Assembly: GCF_001194135.2 (NCBI RefSeq)
Contig: NC_068995.1
Location: 53,197,470 to 53,261,469 of the forward strand
Source of the DNA: Octopus bimaculoides
Lineage: Eukaryota
Direction of reading: 5' to 3'
DNA: 64,000 nt
Under the pieces are notes generated by a model. That model did not search any database, was not told the DNA's origin, and saw only the letters and a list, made by a program, of their open reading frames with translations. Below are positions 11,321-24,058 of this stretch, one piece after another. The position numbers were made by a program, and so were the translations under genes. The stretch's first letter is position 1. Every line of letters begins with the position of its first letter.

Positions 11321-11428
11321 CGACGGCTTCTTTCAGTTTCCGTCTACCAAATCCACTCACAAGGCTTTGGTCGACTCGAGGCTATAGTAGAAACACTTGC
11401 CGAGGGTGCCACGCAGTGGGACTGAACT
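11321..11428 (-). mobile_element. SINE family B body fragment
   Basis: cgacggcttctttcagtttccgtctaccaaatccactcacaaggctttggtcg...gtgccacgcagtgggactgaac. Confidence 0.85.
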
Positions 11429-11580
11429 TTTTAAATTTTATTTTGAAAAAGACACATGAGATAATTTCGTTCTAGATTGAATGTATCCCTGAAAATATAC
11501 TGAGATGGCCGTGGCTGGAATACTTCGATAATAAAACTTCTTGATTAAAACTGCCTGAAGTTTAAAAATTTTCTTTTTAT

Positions 11581-11768
11581 TCTAGGCACGAAGCCCGAAA
11601 TTCTAAGGAAAGAAGCTCGTCGACCCAAGTGTTATTTATTTTATCGACCCAGAACAGGTGAAATACACAATCGACCTTGGTAGAATTTGAACTCGGAACG
11701 TAATGAGTTAGAAGAAAAACTGCTAAGTAGTTTGTCTGGTGTGCTAACGATTCGCCCATCACTCCACC
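11581..11768 (-). mobile_element. SINE family A, degenerate
   Basis: ttatcgacccagaa...tcgaccttggtagaatttgaactc...gtgctaacgattc. Confidence 0.75.
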
Positions 11769-12152
11769 TCGTCTGCCCCTAAATAACAGCAGCAATTATT
11801 TCGTCTTCACAGATATGAGACTAAATTAATTTGATGATGTCACAGGTATATTTTTACTTCCAGTACTTGATATAAGCATCCGGTTGTCCTTCCCGCATCC
11901 CTTGATGCATTCTGTTCGCGGTTTGGTTCAAGGTTTGGTTTAGAATCAAACCTTGAATTTTTTTTGTTTTTTTACTTATTTTTGTTGGAAGCTGAATGAA
12001 GTTGATCATGATGTATTTTTAATACGATGGTAACGGCGGCAGCGTTGCTGATGAGTTGGTAGGGGTGGGGGAGACAAAGTAGGTTAGTTAATGAAGAAGA
12101 AAAAGAAGATAAAAGCGGAAGTGAGGATATGTTGACTCTAAAATACATCCAT

Positions 12153-12190
<38 letters not shown>

Positions 12191-13229
12191 AAGGAAGAGC
12201 TTAACGCCTACTACATTGCTGGCAAAGGTTACAAAAACATCATCGACAACGATAACACCGATGAAACAGGACCATAATATTATATCATTTGTAACTTATG
12301 AATGGCGAGAAGCAGAAAGGATGTCATAGTTTCGACTTTGTGTTCACGCTATGATTCCGGCTTCCAGCAGCTTTATCTATGAGATACCTTCAGTAGAAGC
12401 ATAGATAAAAGATCCCACGGGCATCAGCACCCCTGATCTCTTTAAAGAATTCCGGATCTGGTTTCGGAAAACTCGCAGGTATTCTGCAAACATAACAAAT
12501 GAACTGGCGTTAACGATCCAGTAATGGTGCCTTTACCTGGTCGATCGAACTGCTACAGATAGAAAGTCAACCAAATCTTTGTCAAATCACATTCTACCAT
12601 CTTACAAAAATAAACACAAGTTAGATCGTTTGGCGATAGACATTCTTACATAAACAACATCCTCGCACCAGGAACACCTTTGATCTTAATAAGATATGAC
12701 CGGAGGGGTACCAACAACAACAACAAAATAAGCTAGTGCCTGGAATCGTTTCTTAACAAAACAGAAATTTGAAGATGAATCTAGAAGGCGGCTCAGCATA
12801 TTTAATCGTAATCCATTGCTTGTTAATGAATATTCACTTGATCTCCCATCGATTCCGTCTGTGTTGTAAATAAATATATTTTGGCCATGTGTCTTTGATG
12901 TCTTCAAAGCAAGAATCATATTTATATATGGGGAAAGAATGTCGTTCTTCAGTATTTTTATCTTTAAAGAGATATACACCAATGTGGTGATGTCTTACGG
13001 AAGAACGGAATTTTCGACGCGGTTTCAATTCCAAAGACGTTATTGTAGTTTAGAGTTCCAGTTTAATCCTGACTGCGAATCGTTATGCTCAAAGACGTTC
13101 CAAGCATGAACGTCTCTTTATTTTTTCAGCCTACATTAATCGCTGTTCTCATTTTCATTTCAAGGCGTTAGGCATTAATTTGGAACTTATTTTACTACTA
13201 TTTCAAATAGAATTATTTGCTCCGTATTG

Positions 13230-13265
<36 letters not shown>

Positions 13266-13274
13266 TTATGCATA

Positions 13275-13308
<34 letters not shown>

Positions 13309-13884
13309 TGCGTGCGCGTATATATATATACACACACACACACTTATATCCAACTGACTGTCGTACAGCTACCGGTCACCAAATTTCAACCACAAGTCTG
13401 TGGGTTCGAATCAAAATTCTTGACCACAGTGTCATTTCGTCATGTCTTACAATGAACATATAACAGAATTTCATGTACCTAAGTTCTCAATATAAATCAG
13501 TAACAGTTTGCCTATATAAATAAATCGATATTTAGACGCTCAACTACCATGACGAATTACGTCTGTTTGAACAGACTAACCGAAACCATTGCATAATTTA
13601 TTTATAAAACGAGAACCAATAAAAGCTATCCTCAGATATCACATAGTACTGAACAACAAGGCAAACTATTGCATAATTCTGCTATTACTGCATAATTGAT
13701 GGTCAATAATAATATAAGACCTCAATCTGCAAAAGTGGAGAAAGACAAAGCTAAACGAAAAAATAACAAAGTGTTGAATGAAGTTGGTTAAAATGGCGCT
13801 GTGAATGTGATGTTTGCTAACATTTATACTGAGCTGATACGCTGATAAACTATTCATTCGTTTATTTCATACAAACACGCGTGC

Positions 13885-13964
13885 ACATACATAGCCATAC
13901 ACATACATAGCCATACACATACATAGCCATACACATACATAGCCATACACATACATAGCCATAC
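13885..13964 (+). repeat. 16-bp minisatellite (ACATACATAGCCATAC) x5
   Basis: Five perfect head-to-tail copies, no spacers. Confidence 0.95.
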
Positions 13965-14425
13965 ACATATAGATATGCGTACTGTACGCACGCTAAAACC
14001 ATATATAATTACAGAACACGTAAGCTTAAAGAGACACACATGCACATATTCACGCACGCGCACACATGAATGGCCGCCCACTCACAAATACATCATATGA
14101 TCGAAAAGCCGCAGTGCTCTGCATCCTGATAACATTCGTTGATTTAACGGTTTGGAGCTAAATTAGTATCGTATCCGATAAATAAATACGGCACAGCATC
14201 AGTTTCTTAATTAAGTTTAAGAGGAAGGTAGGCACTTACGAAGCTTTTTCGGTGTCTCCCAGATTTGGGGCGGGGGGGAGGAAGGGCGAAATTCGACCCT
14301 CAAACTGGAGACGTGGTCAAACATAGATGCTTTTGAAATTTGAAGATAGCACCCAAGATCAGGCGATGGTATTTTAACAGTTGACAGATTAACTCTGCCA
14401 TCTGAAGATATATATTCATATATAC

Positions 14426-14462
<37 letters not shown>

Positions 14463-14464
<2 letters not shown>

Positions 14465-14512
14465 GCATGTGGTTGGAAAGCAAGCTGCTTACCACACAGC
14501 CGCACCTACGCC
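14463..14512 (-). mobile_element. SINE family B head fragment
   Basis: catgtggttggaaagcaagctgcttaccacacagccgcacctacgcc. Confidence 0.75.
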
Positions 14513-14515
14513 GAG

Positions 14516-14529
14516 AGAGACAGACAGAC

Positions 14530-14597
<68 letters not shown>
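14516..14597 (+). repeat. (GA)n/(GACA)n compound microsatellite
   Basis: Direct read. Confidence 0.95.
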
Positions 14598-14598
<1 letters not shown>

Positions 14599-14611
14599 GT
14601 GAAAAAGAGCA

Positions 14612-14815
14612 TGAAAGCAGAGTGGCAGATTAAATTGAATATCTTGCAGTATTTAGTGTCACCCTTCCATGTTCTTAGTTCAAATTCCCTCGAGATTAGC
14701 CTTGCTTTACACTCCTCCAATTTCGATGAAATAAATTGACAGATATAATACGGACATCGATTGTATCGATTAATATTGATACAAATTTGTGGCCTTGTGC
14801 CAAATATTAAAAAAA
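14612..14815 (+). mobile_element. SINE family A, degenerate, tail type 2
   Basis: gtggcagat...ttagttcaaattccctcgagattagccttgc...tttgtggccttgtgccaaa. Confidence 0.65.
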
Positions 14816-15467
14816 AAGTCAATGTTTTCTTTGATCTTCGGTGACAAATTTAGCAGAGACTGCCGAGCGCCTAAATAGTTTCCCATTGCTATTTTAGAAT
14901 CGGCTCTTTACGTACTGAATTAAGTTTCAAATACTCCATGAGTCAGCTTTGTTTTCTCAATTAATCTCAGTTTTCCAAAAGAGTACCAGTAATATACTCG
15001 GCAGTGTCCAAGCTATCACATCTTTAAACCTGTTGATGTCGATGGTTCAGATCAGAAGACATGTTTTCGTCAGGGAATATCTTATCTTCCACATCAAAGT
15101 GGCGAACGTCTTTAGAGTAATGGAAACAAATATATCACACACTTTGCCCCGGTGCGCTGCGCTCTGGGTTCAAATCCTTTCGAAGTCGGCTTCGACCGTC
15201 ACACTTTCGATGGTGATTATAAATTCCGATCCGTCGTGGCGGGTAGGTGGAAGTCTTAAAGGGTCAGGCCCGATACTTTGCTTGGGGAATTTGTCTAGGC
15301 ATTTTACATCCAGACAGCAGTGGTACCAAACTGTATTAGCTTAAATCAACAATGCCCGTTCCCTTCAATGCTGTGAAGAAAGTAGAACTACCAATCTTCC
15401 TCAAAAGGAATCTTGCGAAGGTCTGTATATACAATTACAGATGCATGATCAATACTGAGTACGGGAA

Positions 15468-15532
15468 GGGCGCCGAACTGGCAGAGTCGTTAGCACGCCG
15501 GGCAAAATGCATAACGGTGTATGCAAATGAGT
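15468..15532 (+). mobile_element. SINE family A head fragment
   Basis: gggcgccgaactggcagagtcgttagcacgccgggcaaaatgc; a further degenerate A fragment at about 15145-15232. Confidence 0.75.
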
Positions 15533-15797
15533 TCATAACTGAGGCCTGGAACTCTCGTGGGAAAAAAATATTTCGCAGCCAGGATGGTGTCGGCTGCAAG
15601 GATTTGATCTGACAGTCATTCGATCAGTAATATATATTGTAAGATATTCTAAATCAATAAACTGTATTAATGCGATGCTATTGTTATTATTTTTGGGCTG
15701 GTTTTAGCGAAAGTTAGACCCATCAAACCTAGCTCTCCCTCTCTCTCTCTCTTTCTCTTCCTCTCTCTCTCTTTCTCTTCCTCTCTCTCTCTTTCTC

Positions 15798-15832
<35 letters not shown>

Positions 15833-16928
15833 ACATCTATCTTTCTATCCCCCTTTACCGCTCATATTCTACATACTCAAAAACAAGCATACATACACAT
15901 ATACACATACATACCTATATATGTATGCGTGTACACACACACACACACACACACATATATANNNNNNNNNNNNNNNNNNNNNNNNNNNNNNNNNNNNNNN
16001 NNNNNNNNNNNNNNNNNNNNNNNNNNNNNNNNNNNNNNNNNNNNNNNNNNNNNNNNNNNNNNNNNNNNNNNNNNNNNNNNNNNNNNNNNNNNNNNNNNNN
16101 NNNNNNNNNNNNNNNNNNNNNNNNNNNNNNNNNNNNNNNNNNNNNNNNNNNNNNNNNNNNNNNNNNNNNNNNNNNNNNNNNNNNNNNNNNNNNNNNNNNN
16201 NNNNNNNNNNNNNNNNNNNNNNNNNNNNNNNNNNNNNNNNNNNNNNNNNNNNNNNNNNNNNNNNNNNNNNNNNNNNNNNNNNNNNNNNNNNNNNNNNNNN
16301 NNNNNNNNNNNNNNNNNNNNNNNNNNNNNNNNNNNNNNNNNNNNNNNNNNNNNNNNNNNNNNNNNNNNNNNNNNNNNNNNNNNNNNNNNNNNNNNNNNNN
16401 NNNNNNNNNNNNNNNNNNNNNNNNNNNNNNNNNNNNNNNNNNNNNNNNNNNNNNNNNNNNNNNNNNNNNNNNNNNNNNNNNNNNNNNNNNNNNNNNNNNN
16501 NNNNNNNNNNNNNNNNNNNNNNNNNNNNNNNNNNNNNNNNNNNNNNNNNNNNNNNNNNNNNNNNNNNNNNNNNNNNNNNNNNNNNNNNNNNNNNNNNNNN
16601 NNNNNNNNNNNNNNNNNNNNNNNNNNNNNNNNNNNNNNNNNNNNNNNNNNNNNNNNNNNNNNNNNNNNNNNNNNNNNNNNNNNNNNNNNNNNNNNNNNNN
16701 NNNNNNNNNNNNNNNNNNNNNNNNNNNNNNNNNNNNNNNNNNNNNNNNNNNNNNNNNNNNNNNNNNNNNNNNNNNNNNNNNNNNNNNNNNNNNNNNNNNN
16801 NNNNNNNNNNNNNNNNNNNNNNNNNNNNNNNNNNNNNNNNNNNNNNNNNNNNNNNNNNNNNNNNNNNNNNNNNNNNNNNNNNNNNNNNNNNNNNNNNNNN
16901 NNNNNNNNNNNNNNNNNNNNNNNNNNNN

Positions 16929-16985
<57 letters not shown>

Positions 16986-17057
16986 ATGTGTTTGCAAGTA
17001 TCTGTATGTATATGTGATGTGTGTATTTGTGTGTGTTTAGCTATGTATTCTGCTTCT

Positions 17058-17099
<42 letters not shown>

Positions 17100-17422
17100 A
17101 CTTCCCGGTAAAATTCTCGCCTCTAATAGTTATAAAACGTTGCATTATATCGAGGGTTTTTGATCAATGTTTAACCTACTTTCACAACCTACCTGTGAGC
17201 TGCACTTCGATTTTACCTGTATCTAATGAATTGGATTGGATATGATAATCAATATTACTAGTTTGGGTCAGGTATGCTACAGGTCAATGAGTGGGCGTGA
17301 AGTCGTTAAGTAAGACGTATTCATACAGGTATATATTCATACAGGTATATATTCATACAGGTAGATATACACTTTCTCTCCATCAATCAATGTCTCTCTC
17401 TATCTATCCCTATCTCTTCTTT

Positions 17423-17479
<57 letters not shown>

Positions 17480-17844
17480 CATAAATATATATATATATAC
17501 ATCGATAGATCTAGATCTATATCATCCTTTCTTTCATCACGCGTGATATACACACACACACATGTATATGCAATGGCATGAACATGCATGCACTGATGCA
17601 CATGCATATCTATGTATGCACACTCACGTACATGACAACACACGCACGCGCTGCACACACACATATACACGCGCGCACACATATGCAAGTGCACACATGC
17701 ACTAATCGTCAACCGATACTGTTGCGCGTAAATTATTCTCTTTCGCTCTTTCTCTCTCTCTTTCTCCTTCTCTCGCTTCCTCTCTCTTTCTCTATTTATC
17801 TTATCTATCAACCCATCTATGTCAATCTGTCCCTCTTTTACAGA

Positions 17845-17883
<39 letters not shown>

Positions 17884-17995
17884 ACACGTATACACAAACA
17901 TATATGCATACACACACACAGACGCGCACTCTCCTTTACAAACTCTAGTAATGCTAACGTTCATAAATTCGCACTTTCTTTCGCTTATCTCTCCC

Positions 17996-17997
17996 TC

Positions 17998-18062
<65 letters not shown>
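17996..18062 (+). repeat. (CT)n microsatellite inside a 17400-19010 CA/TA/CT low-complexity block
   Basis: Direct read. Confidence 0.95.
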
Positions 18063-18063
<1 letters not shown>

Positions 18064-18619
18064 GTTGTATCTGTCTATCAATCTCTCTCACTCTCTCACT
18101 CTCTCTCACAGATACACAAACAGAAACACCGCCCTCCCCCACACAAATTTTTCTAACTCTATACAATTATTAAATTTTTTTTCTTTTTCTCTAATTCTCT
18201 GCTCCAGTCTCTCTTTCGCTTTTTCATTCTCTCATGCACACACACACACACACACGCACACACACACACACACGCACACACAAACGCGCGCACGCACATA
18301 TATACATTTATATGTATATGCATATAAGATCCATATACATACGCAGTATAAAATATATATTATCTTCCTCAATTCCCTCTCCTCTCTCTGCCCAATCCTT
18401 ACTCTCCCTCCCTCCCTCTCTCTCTCTCTTTCTCTGTGACACACAGACTCACACTCACGCCGCATACACCAGACTCCAATACCCACATACACATATACCC
18501 TTATGTTCACCTTCAAATTGCTTACACACTAACCTTACACGAATTATTCTTTCGCTCTACGCCTTATTTTTCTCTCGTTCTCTCTTTAACAGACTTATAT
18601 GCACATACAAGTATAATCT

Positions 18620-18662
<43 letters not shown>

Positions 18663-19078
18663 ACACGGGCGCACGCACACAAACAATCAAAGGTAAGCAC
18701 ACACGCATCTACATGCAGGTAGAGAGTCTCACATAAACACACTGATACACTGATTAACATACATACGGGTAAATATACACACAGGTAAATGCAGACATAC
18801 ACACAGGTAAATACATTCAGAACACAGGAAAACGCACATATATAAACACTCTCACAGGTAAACACACACACACACACACACACGCGCGCGTGCATACTCA
18901 CATACGCGTACACATGCATGAACGTACGCACACACACACACATACGCATACACAAGAACACAAAAAATACTGTTCACACTCGGTCACACACACACACACA
19001 CACTTATATATGTAATCGCACGTGGATTCTAGGCGATATTTTTTCTTATTTTTTCTTATTTCTCTTTAGACTTTTCTT

Positions 19079-19113
19079 CTTTCCGACGAAGAGCTATGCT
19101 CGAAACGTTAACA
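19079..19113 (+). ncRNA. Minimal type-I hammerhead ribozyme-like motif (PLE pLTR fragment ~19040-19140)
   Basis: CUUU-CCGACGA-A-GAGC(UAU)GCUC-GAAAC-GUU-AACA; same family as 1717-1752; U4-to-C core variant, stem I partly broken. Confidence 0.65.
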
Positions 19114-19391
19114 ACTCTCTCCTTTCACCGAGCGCAGATTAATAGATTTCTTGTGCAAGTCCTTTCTGTAATGGCATATCAACTTTATTGAATTCATGAA
19201 TCTTGAAATTATCTCCCCTTTTCCAAATGGAGCTGCTCTTTATTGCCATTGAGTAATCATGATTCATCTTTTAGAGGCGAATTTATTAAAACCAAGAATT
19301 TCAAAGTTTTGATCTTAATAAATCAAGAATTTCGAATTTGTGTTCTATGGTATTTGATATATCTGTATTGGCCAATATATATCTATTATAT

Positions 19392-19586
19392 TCTTTTATT
19401 TTTTTACATGTTTTAGTCATTTGACTGCAGCCATGCTAGGGCACCGCCTTGAAGGGTTTTAGTCGGAGAAATCGACTCCAGGGCTTATTCTTTGTAAGCC
19501 TTGTACTTATCCTAATGGTCTCTTTGGCCGAACAGCTAATTTACGGGGACTTCAATACACCATCATCGGTTGTCGAGCGATGGTGG
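19392..19586 (-). mobile_element. SINE family B tail
   Basis: gtcatttgactgcagccatgctagggcaccgcc...aaatcgactccagggcttattctttgtaagcc...ttacggggac...catcggttgtc. Confidence 0.9.
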
Positions 19587-19615
19587 ATGGATAAACATAC
19601 TACACAGACACACAC

Positions 19616-19675
<60 letters not shown>

Positions 19676-20549
19676 NNNNNNNNNNNNNNNNNNNNNNNNN
19701 NNNNNNNNNNNNNNNNNNNNNNNNNNNNNNNNNNNNNNNNNNNNNNNNNNNNNNNNNNNNNNNNNNNNNNNNNNNNNNNNNNNNNNNNNNNNNNNNNNNN
19801 NNNNNNNNNNNNNNNNNNNNNNNNNNNNNNNNNNNNNNNNNNNNNNNNNNNNNNNNNNNNNNNNNNNNNNNNNNNNNNNNNNNNNNNNNNNNNNNNNNNN
19901 NNNNNNNNNNNNNNNNNNNNNNNNNNNNNNNNNNNNNNNNNNNNNNNNNNNNNNNNNNNNNNNNNNNNNNNNNNNNNNNNNNNNNNNNNNNNNNNNNNNN
20001 NNNNNNNNNNNNNNNNNNNNNNNNNNNNNNNNNNNNNNNNNNNNNNNNNNNNNNNNNNNNNNNNNNNNNNNNNNNNNNNNNNNNNNNNNNNNNNNNNNNN
20101 NNNNNNNNNNNNNNNNNNNNNNNNNNNNNNNNNNNNNNNNNNNNNNNNNNNNNNNNNNNNNNNNNNNNNNNNNNNNNNNNNNNNNNNNNNNNNNNNNNNN
20201 NNNNNNNNNNNNNNNNNNNNNNNNNNNNNNNNNNNNNNNNNNNNNNNNNNNNNNNNNNNNNNNNNNNNNNNNNNNNNNNNNNNNNNNNNNNNNNNNNNNN
20301 NNNNNNNNNNNNNNNNNNNNNNNNNNNNNNNNNNNNNNNNNNNNNNNNNNNNNNNNNNNNNNNNNNNNNNNNNNNNNNNNNNNNNNNNNNNNNNNNNNNN
20401 NNNNNNNNNNNNNNNNNNNNNNNNNNNNNNNNNNNNNNNNNNNNNNNNNNNNNNNNNNNNNNNNNNNNNNNNNNNNNNNNNNNNNNNNNNNNNNNNNNNN
20501 NNNNNNNNNNNNNNNNNNNNNNNNNNNNNNNNNNNNNNNNNNNNNNNNN

Positions 20550-20591
<42 letters not shown>

Positions 20592-21321
20592 ATACTGGGT
20601 GTGTCGAATATGTGGACATAAGCAACGGCTCACACATTTTTATGTCCTTTTCTTTCTTCCTCCTCTTCCTTCTCTTTCCCCTGGGCTTCCCTCTAGTTTC
20701 CTACGAAGGACGATGTGTCGAAACATTGTACTCTCCGTTTTAAAGTAAATAACAACTTGCATAACCCTAATAAGATTCTCACCTACAAATCCAAGATGTC
20801 CAGAAACAAGCAAGAACAAAATTTCCAGTCGCATAACAACGAAGGGGTTATTTCAGAATAACTTGGGAGATGCTTAAACAAAGATTAGAGGTCTCTCACT
20901 CCCGGCTGTTGGATGGCCGTTGACTCCAATACTTTCATTCACCATTTGACAGGTTTTGCTTTTCATCCTGCAGGATGTCCAGCGAAAAGAATCTTCTTTA
21001 TCAAGAATTTGGTTGAGTTGCCAGTTTAGTCGCTGCTGACCCGACCATGCGACGGGCTGTGCAAGATTACATATTACCCGGCAACACTAAGAGTGATCGG
21101 ACATATACATACAGACATACATGCATGCATATATATATATATATATATANNNNNNNNNNNNNNNNNNNNNNNNNNNNNNNNNNNNNNNNNNNNNNNNNNN
21201 NNNNNNNNNNNNNNNNNNNNNNNNNNNNNNNNNNNNNNNNNNNNNNNNNNNNNNNNNNNNNNNNNNNNNNNNNNNNNNNNNNNNNNNNNNNNNNNNNNNN
21301 NNNNNNNNNNNNNNNNNNNNN

Positions 21322-21352
<31 letters not shown>

Positions 21353-21723
21353 CATACACATGTATATGAGGGCAAATAAGAGGGGGAGTGAAGAGACTGA
21401 GTGCGTAAAAAAGCGAGTGAAAGAGAGAGGGATGGAGAGAGAGGGATGGAGAGAGAGGGATGGAGAGAGAGGCACATAGATAGACAGATAGATGGATAGA
21501 TAGGTGCATAGAAGAACAGAGAAACATGCATGTAAACATGCATCCATCAATCCATACATGCATACACACATACATACATACATACATACATACATACATA
21601 CATACATACATACATACATGGATAGGAGGATAGCTGAATAGACAGACAGACAGATAGAAGCATTGAAAGATGGATAGATGACTGAGTAGAGAAATGAAAA
21701 GATGGATAAAGAAACAGAGAGTC

Positions 21724-21767
<44 letters not shown>

Positions 21768-22135
21768 TCATAGATAAGGAGAAATTTATAAAATTATAGA
21801 AATGAAGTTTGTGAAGGAGAAATCGGAGAAGAATTGCAAACACGGAAGGACAACGGACACCTGAATAAATACGAGATTGTGGAAAGAAAAATCCCACGAG
21901 GGTGTCCGGATATCAGCTGGTGTACGAGTCTATTTGTGTGAGTGTATGCGCATGTGCAGACATCGTAAAGAATGCACAGGAGATAGAGAGACTGATTAAG
22001 ATAGGTGGGTATGAGAGGAAGAAAAGAAGACAGCGAGAAGAGGATGAGAAAGACCGAGATATGTATGCATCTTCATTGTGTTCAAGACCAAGGGCTGTGG
22101 CAATGCTGGGTTACTGCTGTTTTAAAACATAATGA

Positions 22136-22208
22136 CTCCCTAGCAAGGAATTGAACTCCCGTCTTCTGCGTGAGAGGCGAGGGATACTTACCACTATATT
22201 ACCGAGGA
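22136..22208 (-). pseudogene. tRNA-Asp-derived pseudogene (anticodon reads CUC)
   Basis: Minus strand TCCTCGGTAATATAGTGGTAAGTATCCCTCGCCTCTCACGCAGAAGACGGGAGTTCAATTCCTTGCTAGGGAG aligns end to end with eukaryotic tRNA-Asp(GUC); anticodon and T stems mispaired; T4 run 8 nt downstream, no CCA. Confidence 0.85.
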
Positions 22209-22644
22209 CTGATAAAATACAGATGAAAAATATATAGATTGGGTGTATGTGCTTGTAAGAGAGTGAGAGAGAGAGTGTGTGTGTGGGAGAGAGAGAGAGA
22301 GTCAGACAGACTGACAGACAGAGACAGACGGACTGTGTGTGCGTGCGCGCGCTTGTGAGCAGAAGGTAATGAAAGACAAGTGATGAAGCAAGAGTGACAG
22401 AGAGGTAGAAAAGAGAGAGAGAGAGAAGTGAAGGAGAAGGAAGGGGAGGAAGTTACAGGCAGAAAGAGAGAGAAGAATAAGGAGTGTATAGACGATGGGG
22501 AAGGTGGTGGGTGGCTCTCTGGTAGAGAGTATATAGAGGGAGGAAAGAGTGAAGGAAGAGGTAGAAAGTGAGAAAGAAGGAGAAAGAGAGAGAAAGACAA
22601 GAAGAGCAAAAGAGAAGGAAGACAAAGGAAGGGAAAGAGACATA

Positions 22645-22680
22645 GAAAGAGATAGATAGATAGATAGATAGATAGATAGG

Positions 22681-22738
<58 letters not shown>
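22645..22738 (+). repeat. (GATA)n microsatellite at the end of a GA-rich tract (22250-22770)
   Basis: Direct read. Confidence 0.95.
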
Positions 22739-22739
<1 letters not shown>

Positions 22740-22817
22740 GTGGGAACGAGAGTGAATGAGACGGAGGGAGGTGATGCTAGTTTTCTGCTAGTTTACCTGT
22801 TAAAGACCTTGAAACCG

Positions 22818-23111
22818 TGACGTAAAACGACCGTCACGTGACACGGCAAATTGCTAGGAGACGACGACGACCGTCGATTTTATTTTCATTTTATTCCATT
22901 ATATTTTATTGTTTTACTGTTAGGTTCTAGTGGCGTCTCTGTGCTTGTAAATGTCATCAACGTGGAGTCTAGGAATAACCGCTGCTTTAGTGTCTCTACC
23001 ATAGAGCTAATGCACTCCACTGCACGGCACTGCGTTGCACAAAACTGCAGTGTCTTTGGTCTCCTGGCAGCTATGTTTGCTTATGCTACATTACCAATCC
23101 AATCCGCCAAT
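22818..23111. promoter_or_regulatory. Candidate cis-regulatory motif cluster (CRE-like, GTCACGTGAC, triple CCAAT)
   Basis: TGACGTAA 22818-22825, GTCACGTGAC 22833-22842, CCAAT at 23094, 23099, 23107 in non-repetitive sequence; motif matches only. Confidence 0.25.
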
Positions 23112-23173
23112 TCAACTAGTGACCATTCCATTGATTAGTGAAAAAAGTTTTCCTCGTAGTTTACTGAAGTGAA

Positions 23174-23281
23174 GACACATGGCTTGGTGGTTAGAGTGTT
23201 GGACTCACAATCGTTATGTCGTGGGTTCGATTCTGAGGCTCGGTGGTACGTTGTGTCCTAGAATCTAAATACTTCATTTCG
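23174..23281 (+). mobile_element. tRNA-head SINE family C (CORE-like)
   Basis: catggcttggtggttagagtgttggactcac (A box), gggttcgattc (B box), ttgtgtcct...acttcatttc. Confidence 0.7.
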
Positions 23282-23561
23282 TATATTACTTTGGCACACT
23301 CAGTCGCAAATTAATTCTGTTGACATCTGGTCTTCCTCTTCAGGGTTATCTGTTTTCCTCCTCAGGGAAAGGTGGGGACTCTTGTACTTTCAGTTTAAGA
23401 TGCTTTGAATAAACTCCGGCCTTTTCAGCCTTGTGGGGAATTTGATAATCTTTTTCTAAAAAAGTGAAACCGGTCAAGTCAATAAACATCTCTAAAACAC
23501 TTTTGCATTTTCAAACCTTCTGTCATATATATTTTCACTCGTGCAGCACCTTACAGCTTTA

Positions 23562-23611
<50 letters not shown>

Positions 23612-23974
23612 TGTATGTATGTATGTATGTATGTATGTATGTATGTATCTGTATATATACATATATGTTGGTAGGTAGGTAGGTAGTTATATGTATTTTA
23701 TGCATGTATGTATTCATATCCAGACCACAGAGAGTATATCGACAGAATAAACGAAACGCTAAAACTGAGAACCATAAATCTTTTCAGCTTACACGTTACC
23801 ATATTTGAAAGAACGAAGGACACCATCATTAGACATTGTAATATTATATATATTCCGGAAAAAAAAAACAATTAGTTACGCTGGAGTGGCCGTGGTCGTG
23901 GGTTTCGATCACATTTGACGTGAGACAAACAACAATTACAACAAAAAATCCCAAGATATCGCAAGAGATAACTA

Positions 23975-24058
23975 CCTAAAGTGTCACGTGGTGAGATCGA
24001 ACTTGGGACTTTGTGAATACGGAGCGAACACTTTAATCAGTCGGACATGCTTGCGTCT
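23975..24058 (-). mobile_element. Degenerate family B-like SINE head
   Basis: Minus strand cgcaagcatg...gattaaagtgttcgc...aagttcgatctcaccacgtgacactttagg. Confidence 0.55.

Noticed and set aside
20965-21060. Strong-looking acceptor ttttgcttttcatcctgcag
   Set aside because: All three downstream frames stop before any convincing donor.
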